64,000 nucleotides of DNA from a virus: the IMG/VR virus record IMGVR_UViG_3300025108_000016. The stretch is one strand, 5' to 3'. The translations under genes were made by a program, and so were the position numbers. The notes beneath the pieces were generated by a model that made no database searches, was not told the origin of the DNA, and saw only the letters and a program-made list of their open reading frames with translations. Positions 39,049-49,117 of the stretch are shown here, piece by piece. Numbering within the stretch: position 1 is the first letter of the stretch; each line of letters opens with the position of its first letter.

Positions 39049-40772
39049 TAACCTTTAAAAAGATTCGATGGAAGAATTTCCTTTCCACAGGGAACGTCTT
39101 CACCGAAGTTGATATTTGTAAAAACAAAACTAATCTAATCGTTGGTGACAACGGAGCAGGTAAGAGTACTATTCTAGATGCTCTTACCTTTTCTTTGTTT
39201 GGGAAACCATTTCGTAAGATCAACAAACCAATGTTGATCAATAGTATCAACGAGAAAGATTGCATTACTGAAATTGAGTTTAGTATTGGGAACAATGATT
39301 ATAAAGTTGTTCGTGGTATTAAACCAAATATTTTTGAGATCTACTGCAATGACCAGTTGTGGAATCAAGAAAGCACTACAGTAGATCAACAGAAAAATCT
39401 TGAGCAAAACATACTTAAGATGAACTATAAGTCATTCACGCAAATCGTGGTGCTTGGTTCTTCTACGTTTGTTCCATTCATGCGTTTGCCTGTTGCTCAA
39501 CGTCGTGAGATCATCGAAGACATCTTGGATATTCAAATCTTCTCTACGATGAATGTCTTATTGCGAGATAAGATTCGTGAGAATAATGATGAACTTAAGG
39601 AGTTTGATTATCAAATTGATCTCCTTAAAGAAAAAGTTAGTCTTCAAAAATCATACTTGTTAGAACTCGACAAGAAAAACAAGGCAGATATTTCTAATAA
39701 AGAAAATAAAATTGCTGAGTTACTGGATGAGGAAAACAAACATCACTTGGTTATCAAAGAAACTAATGATGTTATAGAACAACTCAACACTCAAATTGGG
39801 GACTATTCTGAATCTTCCAAAAAACTTAAGAAACTTAATACGTTTCTTATTAAAGTTAGTTCTAAATTGACTGCCTGTAAAAAAGAACATGAATTCTTTG
39901 AACAAAATCATGTGTGTCCTACCTGTACACAAGAATTGACTGAAGAGTTTAGATCTAACAAAATTGAATCTGGTAAAACAAAACTAGATGAAATGTCTCT
40001 AGGTTATAATGAAATCCTGCAAGCAATTGGTGAGGAAGAAAAACGTTTCTATAAATGGAATGAAATTTCTACAGAAATCACTGATAAAAATAATGCAATT
40101 TCACAATCAAACTTTGCGATCACTCAGATTCGTAAGTCTATTGTGAATGTAGAGAGCGACATTAAAAACCTAGAGTCTGGTGGCGGGGATAAAAAAGAAG
40201 CATTCACTAGACTAGAAAGTTTAGTTGAAGAGAAAAAACAACTAGCACTTCGCATGTCTGAGTCTAAACAAGATAAAGATGTGTTAAGTGTTGCTTCTCA
40301 GTTGTTGAAAGATAACGGAATTAAGACTAGAATTATAAAGAAGTATCTCCCCACAATGAATAAACTGATTAATCAGTATCTTCAGGGGATGGAATTCTAC
40401 GTTAACTTTAGTCTTGATGAAAATTTTGAGGAAACTATTAAGTCGCGTTACAGAGATCAGTTTTCCTACGCATCTTTCAGTGAAGGAGAGAAAGCTCGTA
40501 TTGATATTGCTCTTCTGCTTACTTGGCGTAGCATTGCTAAACTTAAGAATAGTGTGGATACTAATCTCCTTATCTTAGATGAGATCTTTGATGGTTCATT
40601 GGATCATCAAGGTGGTAGCGATCTTGGTTGGATCCTCAGAAACTTTGATGATAGTGTTTCTATCTACGTTATCTCTCACAAAGAACAAATGACTGACAAG
40701 TATGATAGAACATTGAACGTAGAAAAAATCAAGAACTATTCTGTGGTGAGAGAAACCATTAACGAAGAATGA
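39045..40772 (+). CDS. gp46: Recombination ATPase gp46 (Rad50/SbcC-like)
   Basis: GDNGAGKS, CPTC zinc hook, FSEGE signature and LILDE. Confidence 0.96.
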   Translation: MITFKKIRWKNFLSTGNVFTEVDICKNKTNLIVGDNGAGKSTILDALTFSLFGKPFRKINKPMLINSINEKDCITEIEFSIGNNDYKVVRGIKPNIFEIYCNDQLWNQESTTVDQQKNLEQNILKMNYKSFTQIVVLGSSTFVPFMRLPVAQRREIIEDILDIQIFSTMNVLLRDKIRENNDELKEFDYQIDLLKEKVSLQKSYLLELDKKNKADISNKENKIAELLDEENKHHLVIKETNDVIEQLNTQIGDYSESSKKLKKLNTFLIKVSSKLTACKKEHEFFEQNHVCPTCTQELTEEFRSNKIESGKTKLDEMSLGYNEILQAIGEEEKRFYKWNEISTEITDKNNAISQSNFAITQIRKSIVNVESDIKNLESGGGDKKEAFTRLESLVEEKKQLALRMSESKQDKDVLSVASQLLKDNGIKTRIIKKYLPTMNKLINQYLQGMEFYVNFSLDENFEETIKSRYRDQFSYASFSEGEKARIDIALLLTWRSIAKLKNSVDTNLLILDEIFDGSLDHQGGSDLGWILRNFDDSVSIYVISHKEQMTDKYDRTLNVEKIKNYSVVRETINEE

Positions 40773-41401
40773 CTTACCCAACTCTAAAAACAGATGACGG
40801 GTGGGAACTATTTCCTTTGTTTGCTAAAGCAGTTTCTATTCACCATGTAGATGAAACTATATGTAAGGAACTTCAAGATCTTGAAGTGAAATGCAATTGG
40901 AATGAAGACGATGGAACTGATGGTTGTAAAGGAGCAGTTAGTACAGAAAAAAATGTTCTTGATCTAAACTCGGTTCTCAAGCAAAAACTCCATAGTATTG
41001 TTCATGACTATGTACAGAGAACTATGGGATACATTTGTGATGTTCAGTTTACAACTTCATGGTTTGCTAGAACATACGAAGATGGATTCTGTGAAGAACA
41101 TATGCATAGCAATTCTTGGTTCAGTGGTATTATATACTATGGTGAGTACGAAAAAGATACTGCGCCAATTCAATTTACAGATTCTAATCCACATAGCGTT
41201 TGTGTAAAAGTATCTGAATTTAATTTCTTTAATTCATTTGCTTGGAACATTCAACCTGAACATGCATTAATTGTTATGTTTCCTAGTGAGCTACGACATA
41301 AAGTATTAAGAAACAAATCCCAGTGGACACGTAATGCTTTGGCATTTAACGTTATGCCTAAGGGTGATGTCGGTATTCAGGACAGCGTGTTCCAATACTA
41401 G
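40769..41401 (+). CDS. Putative 2OG-Fe(II) oxygenase
   Basis: HMHSNSWFSGIIY, MFPSELRHKV and RNALAFN. Confidence 0.8.
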   Translation: MTYPTLKTDDGWELFPLFAKAVSIHHVDETICKELQDLEVKCNWNEDDGTDGCKGAVSTEKNVLDLNSVLKQKLHSIVHDYVQRTMGYICDVQFTTSWFARTYEDGFCEEHMHSNSWFSGIIYYGEYEKDTAPIQFTDSNPHSVCVKVSEFNFFNSFAWNIQPEHALIVMFPSELRHKVLRNKSQWTRNALAFNVMPKGDVGIQDSVFQY

Positions 41402-41410
41402 AAGTGGCAT

Positions 41411-41437
41411 AGGGGGGTCTGACGACCCCCTTTTTTT
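41411..41437 (+). terminator. Intrinsic terminator (followed by TATACT at 41441)
   Basis: GGGGGTC-TGAC-GACCCCC followed by T7. Confidence 0.8.
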
Positions 41438-41469
41438 GTGTATACTAGTTGCATAGAGAGAAAGAAACC

Positions 41470-43611
41470 ATGCAAACACAAGAGATCAAAGGCAAACTTG
41501 CTAAGTTACTTGCCACTGAAAACCTTTTGGTTGAGCATCGTTCTGTGAATACAGCATCTTTCGATGTAGATAATCGTATATTGACTTTACCAAAATGGGA
41601 TAAAGCATCTAGTACAGTCTATGATCTTTTGGTGGGTCATGAAGTTGGGCATGCTTTATATACTCCTATGTGGGATGGATTTGATTGCCCTAAAGATTAT
41701 GTGAACGTGACTGAAGATGCGCGTATTGAAAAACTTATGAAGCGTCGTTATCCTGGTCTTCGCAAGTGTTTCTTCAATGGATACCGCGAACTCAATGACG
41801 ATGATTTTTTTGGTATTGCTGAAGAAAATATTGATAGTTTAAAATTGATTGATCGTATCAATCTATATTTCAAAATTGGTGTTGCTGAAGTTGTTATTCC
41901 TTTCAATGCAGAAGAAAAAATTCTGGTAGACAAAACTGCAAACACAGAGACTTTTGATGAAGCAGTAAAAGTTGCTGAAGAGATCTGGGAATATTCTAAA
42001 GAACAGCAGCAAGAGCTTGAGAACCTTGCAGATATTCCTCAGTCTGGTGGTGATGGTAGTTCTGGATCATCCGAAAGTCAAAGTGTCAATGACGAAGAAT
42101 CTGGCGAGGAAGGTGGTGAAGAAGTCATGACACACGAAGAGATGTTGGAAGAAGCACAGCGTAGAGAAAACGAGAATGGTGCTGCACCAGCAGGTGGTGA
42201 TATTTCTTCTTCTGATACTCAAAATAATTTTGACCAGCAATCACAGAGTCTTAGTAGAATTTCTTATTCAAGAAATGTTTATGTTGACATTCCTACCTTG
42301 GATGCTTCTGATTATGTTGTTGATTGGAATGTAATTCATAATTGGATTGACAATCAGAAAGAGGGTCTTGACCCAGATGGTTTTTCGTGGGTTGATTTAG
42401 AGTATAGAAAATTTAAAAAGTCTGTTCAGAAAGAAGTAAACTATCTTGTAAAAGAATTTGAATGTAAGAAAGCAGCTGCAGCATATGCCCGTCAGCAAAC
42501 CTCACGTACTGGAGTTCTCAATACCAGTATCTTACATACGTACAAACACAATGACGACTTGTTCAAGAAAGTAACAATTATTCCTGAAGGTAAAAATCAT
42601 GGTCTTCTTTTTATTCTTGATTGGTCTGGTTCCATGAACACCACGTTGCTTTCTACTTTAAAGCAACTGATGACTCTCTGTATGTTCTGTAAAAAAGTAC
42701 AGATCCCTTTTGAAGTTTATGCATTTACTAATGAGTGGATTGGTGCTGAACGTGCAATGGAAAATCAAGTCGGAAAATTTTTTCCAAAACTAATTACCGA
42801 AAGACTTATCAAAAATGAAGTCTATGTAAGCAAGCAGTACTTTCGCATGATGAATATTTTTTCATCTCGCACTAACAGCAAAAATTGGGAACGTCAATGC
42901 CTTAACATATGGCGTGAAGTATATTCACTACAATATTATGTTGGTTATCCATCAACAATTGGTATGAGTCTTTCTGGAACTCCACTCAATGAATCTATCC
43001 TTGTTATGAAGTCAATCATTCCTGGGTTTAAGAAGACTACTGGAGTCAGTAATGTTAATGTTTGTATTTTGACTGATGGAGAATCTTGTGGTTCTATGTA
43101 TGGTCACGAGTCTACATATGATGATGATAAACAAATGATTTTTGCACGACGTTTAGATTCTACTAGTGTTACTCTTCGCGATCGTAACTTGGGTTGTACA
43201 TACAACAAACTAGAGTCTTGGGACGAGCAAACAAATGTCTTCATTGAAAACTTAAAAGAGACGCATCCATCTGTTAACATAATTGGTATCCGTCTTCTTG
43301 AAGGTGGTAGTGGTCTTGCCAGTTTCTATCGCCGCTATTGCAATGATTCTGTTGATGGACTTGATAAATTGTATAGAGATTGGAAAAAAACTAAATCAGT
43401 TGTTCTTCCAAATCCTATTTCTTATGATGCTTTGTATGTTATTGCTGGTAAATCTAGTGCGCGATCGTTTACTGAATTAGATGAAGAGTCAACACTAGAT
43501 ATTGATGCTGGTTCTTCTAAAACTCAAGTACGTGCTGCTTTCAAAAAACTACTGAAGCAAAAGCAAAACAACAAAGCTATCTTGAACCACTTCATCAGTC
43601 AGATTGCATAG
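41470..43611 (+). CDS. HEXXH metallopeptidase-like / VWA protein (CobT-like partner of the AAA+ ATPase)
   Basis: HEVGH…EDARIE, acidic linker, MIDAS DWSGS, LSGTPL and ILTDGE. Confidence 0.8.
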   Translation: MQTQEIKGKLAKLLATENLLVEHRSVNTASFDVDNRILTLPKWDKASSTVYDLLVGHEVGHALYTPMWDGFDCPKDYVNVTEDARIEKLMKRRYPGLRKCFFNGYRELNDDDFFGIAEENIDSLKLIDRINLYFKIGVAEVVIPFNAEEKILVDKTANTETFDEAVKVAEEIWEYSKEQQQELENLADIPQSGGDGSSGSSESQSVNDEESGEEGGEEVMTHEEMLEEAQRRENENGAAPAGGDISSSDTQNNFDQQSQSLSRISYSRNVYVDIPTLDASDYVVDWNVIHNWIDNQKEGLDPDGFSWVDLEYRKFKKSVQKEVNYLVKEFECKKAAAAYARQQTSRTGVLNTSILHTYKHNDDLFKKVTIIPEGKNHGLLFILDWSGSMNTTLLSTLKQLMTLCMFCKKVQIPFEVYAFTNEWIGAERAMENQVGKFFPKLITERLIKNEVYVSKQYFRMMNIFSSRTNSKNWERQCLNIWREVYSLQYYVGYPSTIGMSLSGTPLNESILVMKSIIPGFKKTTGVSNVNVCILTDGESCGSMYGHESTYDDDKQMIFARRLDSTSVTLRDRNLGCTYNKLESWDEQTNVFIENLKETHPSVNIIGIRLLEGGSGLASFYRRYCNDSVDGLDKLYRDWKKTKSVVLPNPISYDALYVIAGKSSARSFTELDEESTLDIDAGSSKTQVRAAFKKLLKQKQNNKAILNHFISQIA

Positions 43612-43616
43612 TGTCC

Positions 43617-43653
43617 ACTCTGCCCCTGACTCTGCCCCACTCTGCCCTATACT
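43617..43653 (+). repeat. Three ACTCTGCCC direct repeats ending at a TATACT -10 box
   Basis: ACTCTGCCC at 43617, 43629 and 43639; TATACT at 43648. Confidence 0.7.
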
Positions 43654-43674
43654 TACTCCATACGAAACAAACCG

Positions 43675-44769
43675 ATGCCTGCCAAGTCTGATTTAACCAC
43701 GTCTCAAATTACTTCTTATCTTGCCGAGACCTTTGGTTCTGACATTAATACGGATCACGTTCGTGCTGCAGCAACATATTTCTCTATATCATATCCTACT
43801 GCTGTTAAGCGTCTTCGTGATTGCCATGTCGGCCGCGGCAAATGGAACCTGACCATTGAAGAAACACGTGACCAGTTGGAAACTCAGTTTCCTGATCAGG
43901 AAGAAATGAACATCATCCCACTTAAAGATAATAGTTTTGTCCCGTTCGGTAACTTTACTGATCTGAAGAAAATTATTTCTTCTCGTCTGTTCTATCCTAC
44001 ATTCATTACTGGTATGTCTGGTAATGGTAAAACTTTCTCTGTAGAGCAAGCGTGTGCTGCTCTAGGACGTGAGTTGATTCGTGTAAACATTACAATCGAA
44101 ACTGATGAAGATGATCTTATTGGTGGTTTCCGTCTTGTCGATGGGTCAACTGTTTGGCATAACGGACCTGTCATTGAAGCACTCGAACGTGGAGCAATCC
44201 TGCTACTCGATGAAGTTGACCTTGCTTCCAACAAAATTCTATGCCTTCAGTCCATCCTTGAAGGTAAAGGTGTGTTCCTGAAGAAGACAGGTCGCTATGT
44301 GAGACCTGCTGCTGGATTCAATGTCATCGCTACCGCCAACACTAAGGGTAAGGGTTCTGATGATGGTCGCTTTATTGGTACTAACGTATTGAATGAAGCA
44401 TTCCTAGAACGTTTTGCTCTCACCTTTGAGCAAGAGTATCCCACTCCCAAAATTGAGACTAAAATTCTTGAAAAAATTGGTGCGAATATTGGGGTGACAG
44501 ATCTTGAATTCTGTGCTAAACTTGCTGACTGGGCTGACGTTATTCGCAAGACGTTTGCTGATGGTGGCGTGGATGAAATTATTTCTACTCGCCGCTTGTC
44601 TCATATCATTCGTGCCTACTCCATTTGGGGTGACCGATACAAGGCAATCAAAGTTTGTGTCAATAGATTTGATGAAGAAACAAAAACTCTCTTCCTTGAT
44701 GTCTATACCAAACTTGATGAGAAAGTAGAAATGGAGGAAAGCGATGAGAGACCATACTATGACCAGTGA
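43675..44769 (+). CDS. cobS: CobS/MoxR-like AAA+ ATPase
   Basis: GMSGNGKT, LLLDEVD, ATANTKG and NEAFLERF. Confidence 0.88.
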   Translation: MPAKSDLTTSQITSYLAETFGSDINTDHVRAAATYFSISYPTAVKRLRDCHVGRGKWNLTIEETRDQLETQFPDQEEMNIIPLKDNSFVPFGNFTDLKKIISSRLFYPTFITGMSGNGKTFSVEQACAALGRELIRVNITIETDEDDLIGGFRLVDGSTVWHNGPVIEALERGAILLLDEVDLASNKILCLQSILEGKGVFLKKTGRYVRPAAGFNVIATANTKGKGSDDGRFIGTNVLNEAFLERFALTFEQEYPTPKIETKILEKIGANIGVTDLEFCAKLADWADVIRKTFADGGVDEIISTRRLSHIIRAYSIWGDRYKAIKVCVNRFDEETKTLFLDVYTKLDEKVEMEESDERPYYDQ

Positions 44770-44932
44770 AAACTTTCATGGATACATTGGGCGAGTAGCA
44801 ATCCTTAAGGATTGTGACCATCGCTCTGGAAAAATAATCAAAGGTGAGGGATTTAAACTTACTATGAAATCTATTGACGGCACGATATTTGAGTGCTATC
44901 ATGACAACATCGAGTACATTTGGGGTATATGA
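44759..44932 (+). CDS. Small hypothetical protein
   Basis: 57-aa ORF coupled to its neighbours. Confidence 0.5.
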   Translation: MTSENFHGYIGRVAILKDCDHRSGKIIKGEGFKLTMKSIDGTIFECYHDNIEYIWGI

Positions 44933-45213
44933 ACAAATATAATGAAGACGCTCTAATCAAAGAGCTACGTGACTACATCTCTGGAACCTATGGACAACAC
45001 TATTCTGCTGGTAACGACAGCATTCAAACGCTAGATTTGATTGAAGCATGTGGAGATGCTGAGGCATTCTGCCGTAGCAACATCCTAAAGTATGCTTCTC
45101 GATATGATCGTAAAGGTACTGCCCGTCGCGACATTATCAAAATTCTACACTATGCACTTCTACTACTCCACTTTAGTGACAAGTCTGCTAACACTGAACC
45201 TTACCCTCAATGA
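44929..45213 (+). CDS. DUF3310-like hypothetical protein
   Basis: HY…FC..NILKY.SRY..KG…DI.K..HY pattern. Confidence 0.7.
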   Translation: MNKYNEDALIKELRDYISGTYGQHYSAGNDSIQTLDLIEACGDAEAFCRSNILKYASRYDRKGTARRDIIKILHYALLLLHFSDKSANTEPYPQ

Positions 45214-45881
45214 ATAAAGTTATTCTTTCTGAACAGACTCTTCAGGTTCTTAAAAACTATTCCACAATCAATGGTTCTATCCTTATTCGCAAGGGTAATC
45301 AACTGAAGACAATCAGCGTTGGGGAGAATGCTCTTGCACAATATTCATGTGAAGAGAGTTTTCCTCAAACGTTCGGTATCTATGATCTCAACCAGTTTCT
45401 TGCTGGGTTGACTTTATTCCAGGATCCGATCTTGGAATTCGATAACGAGAACTATGTGACTATTCGTAGTCGTGGTCGCTCTGCAAAGTATTTCTTCTCA
45501 GATCCTGAGATTACTTTGAAGTCTGCTCCCGAAAAAAATATTAAATTTCCTGGTGGAGACATCGCTTTTAATATCACATGGGAAGACATCACGTCACTAC
45601 AAAAAGCAGCAGCAGTTTACAATCTAACTGATCTTGTTTTTAAATCCGTAGACAATCAAATTAGTTTGTATCTTCGTGATTCTGAAAACGAAACTAGTAA
45701 CGATTATTGTCAAACCATTGCTGGTGATACAACTGGTGATTACGAACTGGTTCTCAAAGTGGAACACCTCCGTCTCCAACCAGGAGACTATCATGTTAAA
45801 GTGTCTGAGCATCTAGTATCCGAGTGGCGTCACACTCGCTTGGATCTTGTCTATTATATTGCATTGGAATTTGATGACTAA
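45210..45881 (+). CDS. gp45: Sliding clamp gp45
   Basis: LKNYSTIN, FGIYDLNQFL and YYIALE. Confidence 0.93.
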   Translation: MNKVILSEQTLQVLKNYSTINGSILIRKGNQLKTISVGENALAQYSCEESFPQTFGIYDLNQFLAGLTLFQDPILEFDNENYVTIRSRGRSAKYFFSDPEITLKSAPEKNIKFPGGDIAFNITWEDITSLQKAAAVYNLTDLVFKSVDNQISLYLRDSENETSNDYCQTIAGDTTGDYELVLKVEHLRLQPGDYHVKVSEHLVSEWRHTRLDLVYYIALEFDD

Positions 45882-46818
45882 AAAGTTTCTATGGGTTGAG
45901 CAGTATCGTCCCCAAAAAATTGATGACTGCATTCTGCCTGACAATCTTAAGAAACCATTTCAAGGATTTGTAGAGCAGGGAGAGATCCCTAATCTGCTCC
46001 TCCTGGGGTCTGCAGGCGTTGGTAAGACCACTGTTGCTAAAGCGTTGTGTGAGGAGATTGGTGCCTCTTACATCGTCATTAACGGGTCAGACGAGGGGCG
46101 TTTCTTGGACACCGTTCGTAACCGAGTCAAGCAGTTTGCTTCCACAGTCTCCCTAACCTCAGGAGCGCCTCACAAGGTGGTCATCATCGATGAGGCAGAC
46201 AACACCACCCATGACGTGCAACTCTCCTTACGTGCCTTTGTGGAGGCGTTTCACAGCAACTGCCGTTTCATCTTTACTTGTAACTTCCAAAACAAAATCA
46301 TTGAACCACTGCACTCACGATGCACAGTTGTAGACTTTCGTATCAATAAGAGTCAGCAACAAAAGTTGCAAGCGCAGTTCTTTGGTCGCTTGAAAGAAAT
46401 CCTTGACGAGAATGAGATTGAGTATCAAGATAAGATTCTTGTTAAACTCATTGGTCGTTACTTTCCTGACTGGCGTCGTTTGATCAATGAGACTCAACGT
46501 CATTCAGCATCAGGAAAGATTAACACTGATATCTTAGTTGATATTGCAGACATCAATCTTGATTCTCTATTGGCAGCATTAAAGAATAAAGAGTTTACTA
46601 CAGTACGTAAGTGGGTCATTGAGAATATTGACAATGATCCAAACATCGTCATGCGTAAAATCTATAATCTTCTATACGAACAAATTAAACCCAAGTACAT
46701 TCCTGAAGCAGTTTTGATTCTTGCTAGGTATCAATACCAGATTGCTTTTGTTGCTGATCAGGAAGTCAATCTTCTTGCTTGCTTGACTGAAGTAATGATG
46801 GGATGTGAATTCAAATAA
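45874..46818 (+). CDS. gp44: Clamp loader ATPase gp44
   Basis: WVEQYRPQ, GVGKTT, IIDEAD and PLHSRC. Confidence 0.96.
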   Translation: MTKKFLWVEQYRPQKIDDCILPDNLKKPFQGFVEQGEIPNLLLLGSAGVGKTTVAKALCEEIGASYIVINGSDEGRFLDTVRNRVKQFASTVSLTSGAPHKVVIIDEADNTTHDVQLSLRAFVEAFHSNCRFIFTCNFQNKIIEPLHSRCTVVDFRINKSQQQKLQAQFFGRLKEILDENEIEYQDKILVKLIGRYFPDWRRLINETQRHSASGKINTDILVDIADINLDSLLAALKNKEFTTVRKWVIENIDNDPNIVMRKIYNLLYEQIKPKYIPEAVLILARYQYQIAFVADQEVNLLACLTEVMMGCEFK

Positions 46819-46827
46819 TTTATAATT

Positions 46828-47028
46828 ATGGAAATCAGTAAAAACGATCTCATTCATCACAAAATCCAAGCAGCAATTCGCGAGAATGTTTTTCAAGATG
46901 ATGATCTTAAATACTTAGGATTCAATGAAGACAAAGGAGAGCATGAGTACAAAATCAATGGGCAACACATCGTCCTTGCATCACAAATCGAAGACTTTGA
47001 ACAAGTCGAAAGTGAAGACGACACCTGA
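46828..47028 (+). CDS. Hypothetical protein
   Basis: 66-aa ORF within the operon. Confidence 0.55.
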   Translation: MEISKNDLIHHKIQAAIRENVFQDDDLKYLGFNEDKGEHEYKINGQHIVLASQIEDFEQVESEDDT

Positions 47029-47188
47029 AAATGTGAAGGAAGCAAATGAAGCATTGTTTCATGCTACAATGAACCTTCCACATGCTGCAGACCATTGTGG
47101 TATGACTCAGCGTGAAATGAAAATGATCTTTCGTGAATACCTTAAATATCATGACAAAAACTTTGAAGTCACTGAAGACGCCACTTAG
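47012..47188 (+). CDS. Small HTH-like hypothetical protein
   Basis: MNLPHAADHCGMT motif; start uncertain (GTG 47012). Confidence 0.55.
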   Translation: MKTTPENVKEANEALFHATMNLPHAADHCGMTQREMKMIFREYLKYHDKNFEVTEDAT

Positions 47189-47993
47189 ATACCCTGGTGG
47201 TAAGAGTCGTGCCTTGAGTAAACTCTTTCAGTACATCCCTAACCTCACAGAATATACTCACTATCGCGAACCATTCTTAGGTGGTGGTTCTGTCGCATTG
47301 GAAATTGGTAAGCGATACCCACACCTAGACATCTGGGTCAATGATCTTTATGATCCACTTTATAATTTCTGGCGTGTTCTTCAAGATCAAGGTGACGAAC
47401 TTTCTTCCTTGCTGAAGGATCTTAAGAACGATCATCCAGATCAAACATCAGCAAAAACTTTATTTCTAGATTCTAAGGACCAATTAAATGATGCCTCTAC
47501 GTCCGATCTACTACGTGCTGTGTGTTTTTATATTGTCAATAAGTGCTCTTTCTCTGGTCTCACTGAATCCAGTTCCTTCAGCAAGCAAGCGTCAGATAGC
47601 AATTTCTCGATGCGAGGCATTTGTAAACTCCCTGAATATTCAGGAATGATTTCTAAGTGGAAAATTACTAAACTTTCATATGAAGAACTCTTTTGCGATA
47701 GCAAGTCAACCTTCGTCTATCTCGATCCCCCCTATGAGATCGGATCTAATCTTTATGGTAAGCGAGGAAACATGCACAAAGGATTCGACCACGACAAGTT
47801 TGCTTCTGATTGTGATCGCTTTATCTCTCATCAACTTGTTAGTTACAATTCGTCGCAACTGATTCGAGACCGCTTCAAGCAGGGGTGGACAGCTGCTGAA
47901 TTTGCACACACTTACACCATGAGGAGCGTGGGGAGTTATAATACAGATCAAGCGTCTCGCAAGGAACTCGTCCTTACCAACTATGAAATGTGA
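47151..47993 (+). CDS. dam: DNA adenine methyltransferase (Dam/D12 class)
   Basis: LRYPGGKS, EPFLGGGSV and YLDPPY. Confidence 0.9.
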   Translation: MTKTLKSLKTPLRYPGGKSRALSKLFQYIPNLTEYTHYREPFLGGGSVALEIGKRYPHLDIWVNDLYDPLYNFWRVLQDQGDELSSLLKDLKNDHPDQTSAKTLFLDSKDQLNDASTSDLLRAVCFYIVNKCSFSGLTESSSFSKQASDSNFSMRGICKLPEYSGMISKWKITKLSYEELFCDSKSTFVYLDPPYEIGSNLYGKRGNMHKGFDHDKFASDCDRFISHQLVSYNSSQLIRDRFKQGWTAAEFAHTYTMRSVGSYNTDQASRKELVLTNYEM

Positions 47994-48123
47994 AGTCAGA
48001 CTCTACGTAGCAGGTCGCCTCTTTGCTGAGGAAGTCTATGCTCGCAACTATGAGGAAGCAAAGGAAGTTGCTCTTGCTCGCAACCCCAATGCTAAGGTAG
48101 TTGGTGTCACTGCTAAATTCTGA
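47983..48123 (+). CDS. Small hypothetical protein (46 aa, MKCEVRLYVAG…ARNPNAKV)
   Basis: Manual translation; fills the gap with overlapping start and stop. Confidence 0.6.
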   Translation: MKCEVRLYVAGRLFAEEVYARNYEEAKEVALARNPNAKVVGVTAKF

Positions 48124-48323
48124 TGATACCTAAAGAATATCAGCATGGTGGTAGGGAAGTATCCCCCACCAATATTTTATTGCTTATCAGTGATCTTGAA
48201 GGTACGTATCAATATCTCAAGTGGATGGGATTTGATGAAGATATGAAAGTCCTTGAGGAAATGAAAGGACGATATTATAAATTGTATTTCAAAACAAAAA
48301 AAGAATGGAAAGTTACCAACTGA
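48123..48323 (+). CDS. Hypothetical protein
   Basis: 66 aa; TGATG coupling. Confidence 0.55.
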   Translation: MIPKEYQHGGREVSPTNILLLISDLEGTYQYLKWMGFDEDMKVLEEMKGRYYKLYFKTKKEWKVTN

Positions 48324-48694
48324 AAGATTATTTGTATACAATTAATCAATCTAAACATAATTTACTGAGACAAGATTCTGAAGCTGTTAAAGGTTATCCG
48401 CCATTCATTATAAACAAGTGTCTATCTGGATTTACTGATAGCATTTTATTTGCCAATGAGATGAATATCCATAATCATTTGGACAAACAGATGCAATATG
48501 ATTTTTATCTAAATAGTTTGAAGCCGAGGAAACGATTTTCTCCCTGGTTGCGTAAAGGTGAATTAGAGAACCTTGAATTGGTGAAGCAATATTATGGATA
48601 CAACCATAGTAAAGCAGTTGCCGCCCTTAGAATTCTTACTAATTCTGAACTTGAGCAGATTAAAAAATTATTAGATAAAGGCGGTAACAGATGA
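48305..48694 (+). CDS. gp62: Clamp loader small subunit gp62
   Basis: YPPFIINKCLS, ANEMN and KRFSPW. Confidence 0.9.
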   Translation: MESYQLKDYLYTINQSKHNLLRQDSEAVKGYPPFIINKCLSGFTDSILFANEMNIHNHLDKQMQYDFYLNSLKPRKRFSPWLRKGELENLELVKQYYGYNHSKAVAALRILTNSELEQIKKLLDKGGNR

Positions 48695-49110
48695 ATGAAA
48701 TTGAAATTCAGTGGCAACCATCGGATATGGTTGAGGTGTTGTTAAATGAACCAGATGATTTTCTGAAGGTTCGTGAAACACTCACTCGTATTGGTGTTGC
48801 TTCTAGACGAGATAGAAAACTATATCAGTCTTGTCATATCCTACACAAGCAAGGTAAGTATTATATTGTTCACTTTAAAGAGTTGTTTGCTCTTGATGGT
48901 AAAAATACTAACTTGTCTTTGAATGATGTGCAGCGTCGTAATCGTATTGCACAACTTCTATCGGACTGGGGACTGATTGGTATTGTTGATAAAACTCAAA
49001 TTGAAGACGTAGCAGCACTCAACCAAATTAAAGTTCTCTCCTATAAAGATAAAGGGGAGTGGACACTGGAGTCCAAATATAATATTGGTCGTAAAAAACC
49101 AGAAGCATAA
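48691..49110 (+). CDS. regA: Translational repressor RegA
   Basis: DFLKVRETLTRIG and LYQSCHILHKQGKYYIVHFKELF. Confidence 0.97.
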   Translation: MNEIEIQWQPSDMVEVLLNEPDDFLKVRETLTRIGVASRRDRKLYQSCHILHKQGKYYIVHFKELFALDGKNTNLSLNDVQRRNRIAQLLSDWGLIGIVDKTQIEDVAALNQIKVLSYKDKGEWTLESKYNIGRKKPEA

Positions 49111-49117
49111 ATAAATT

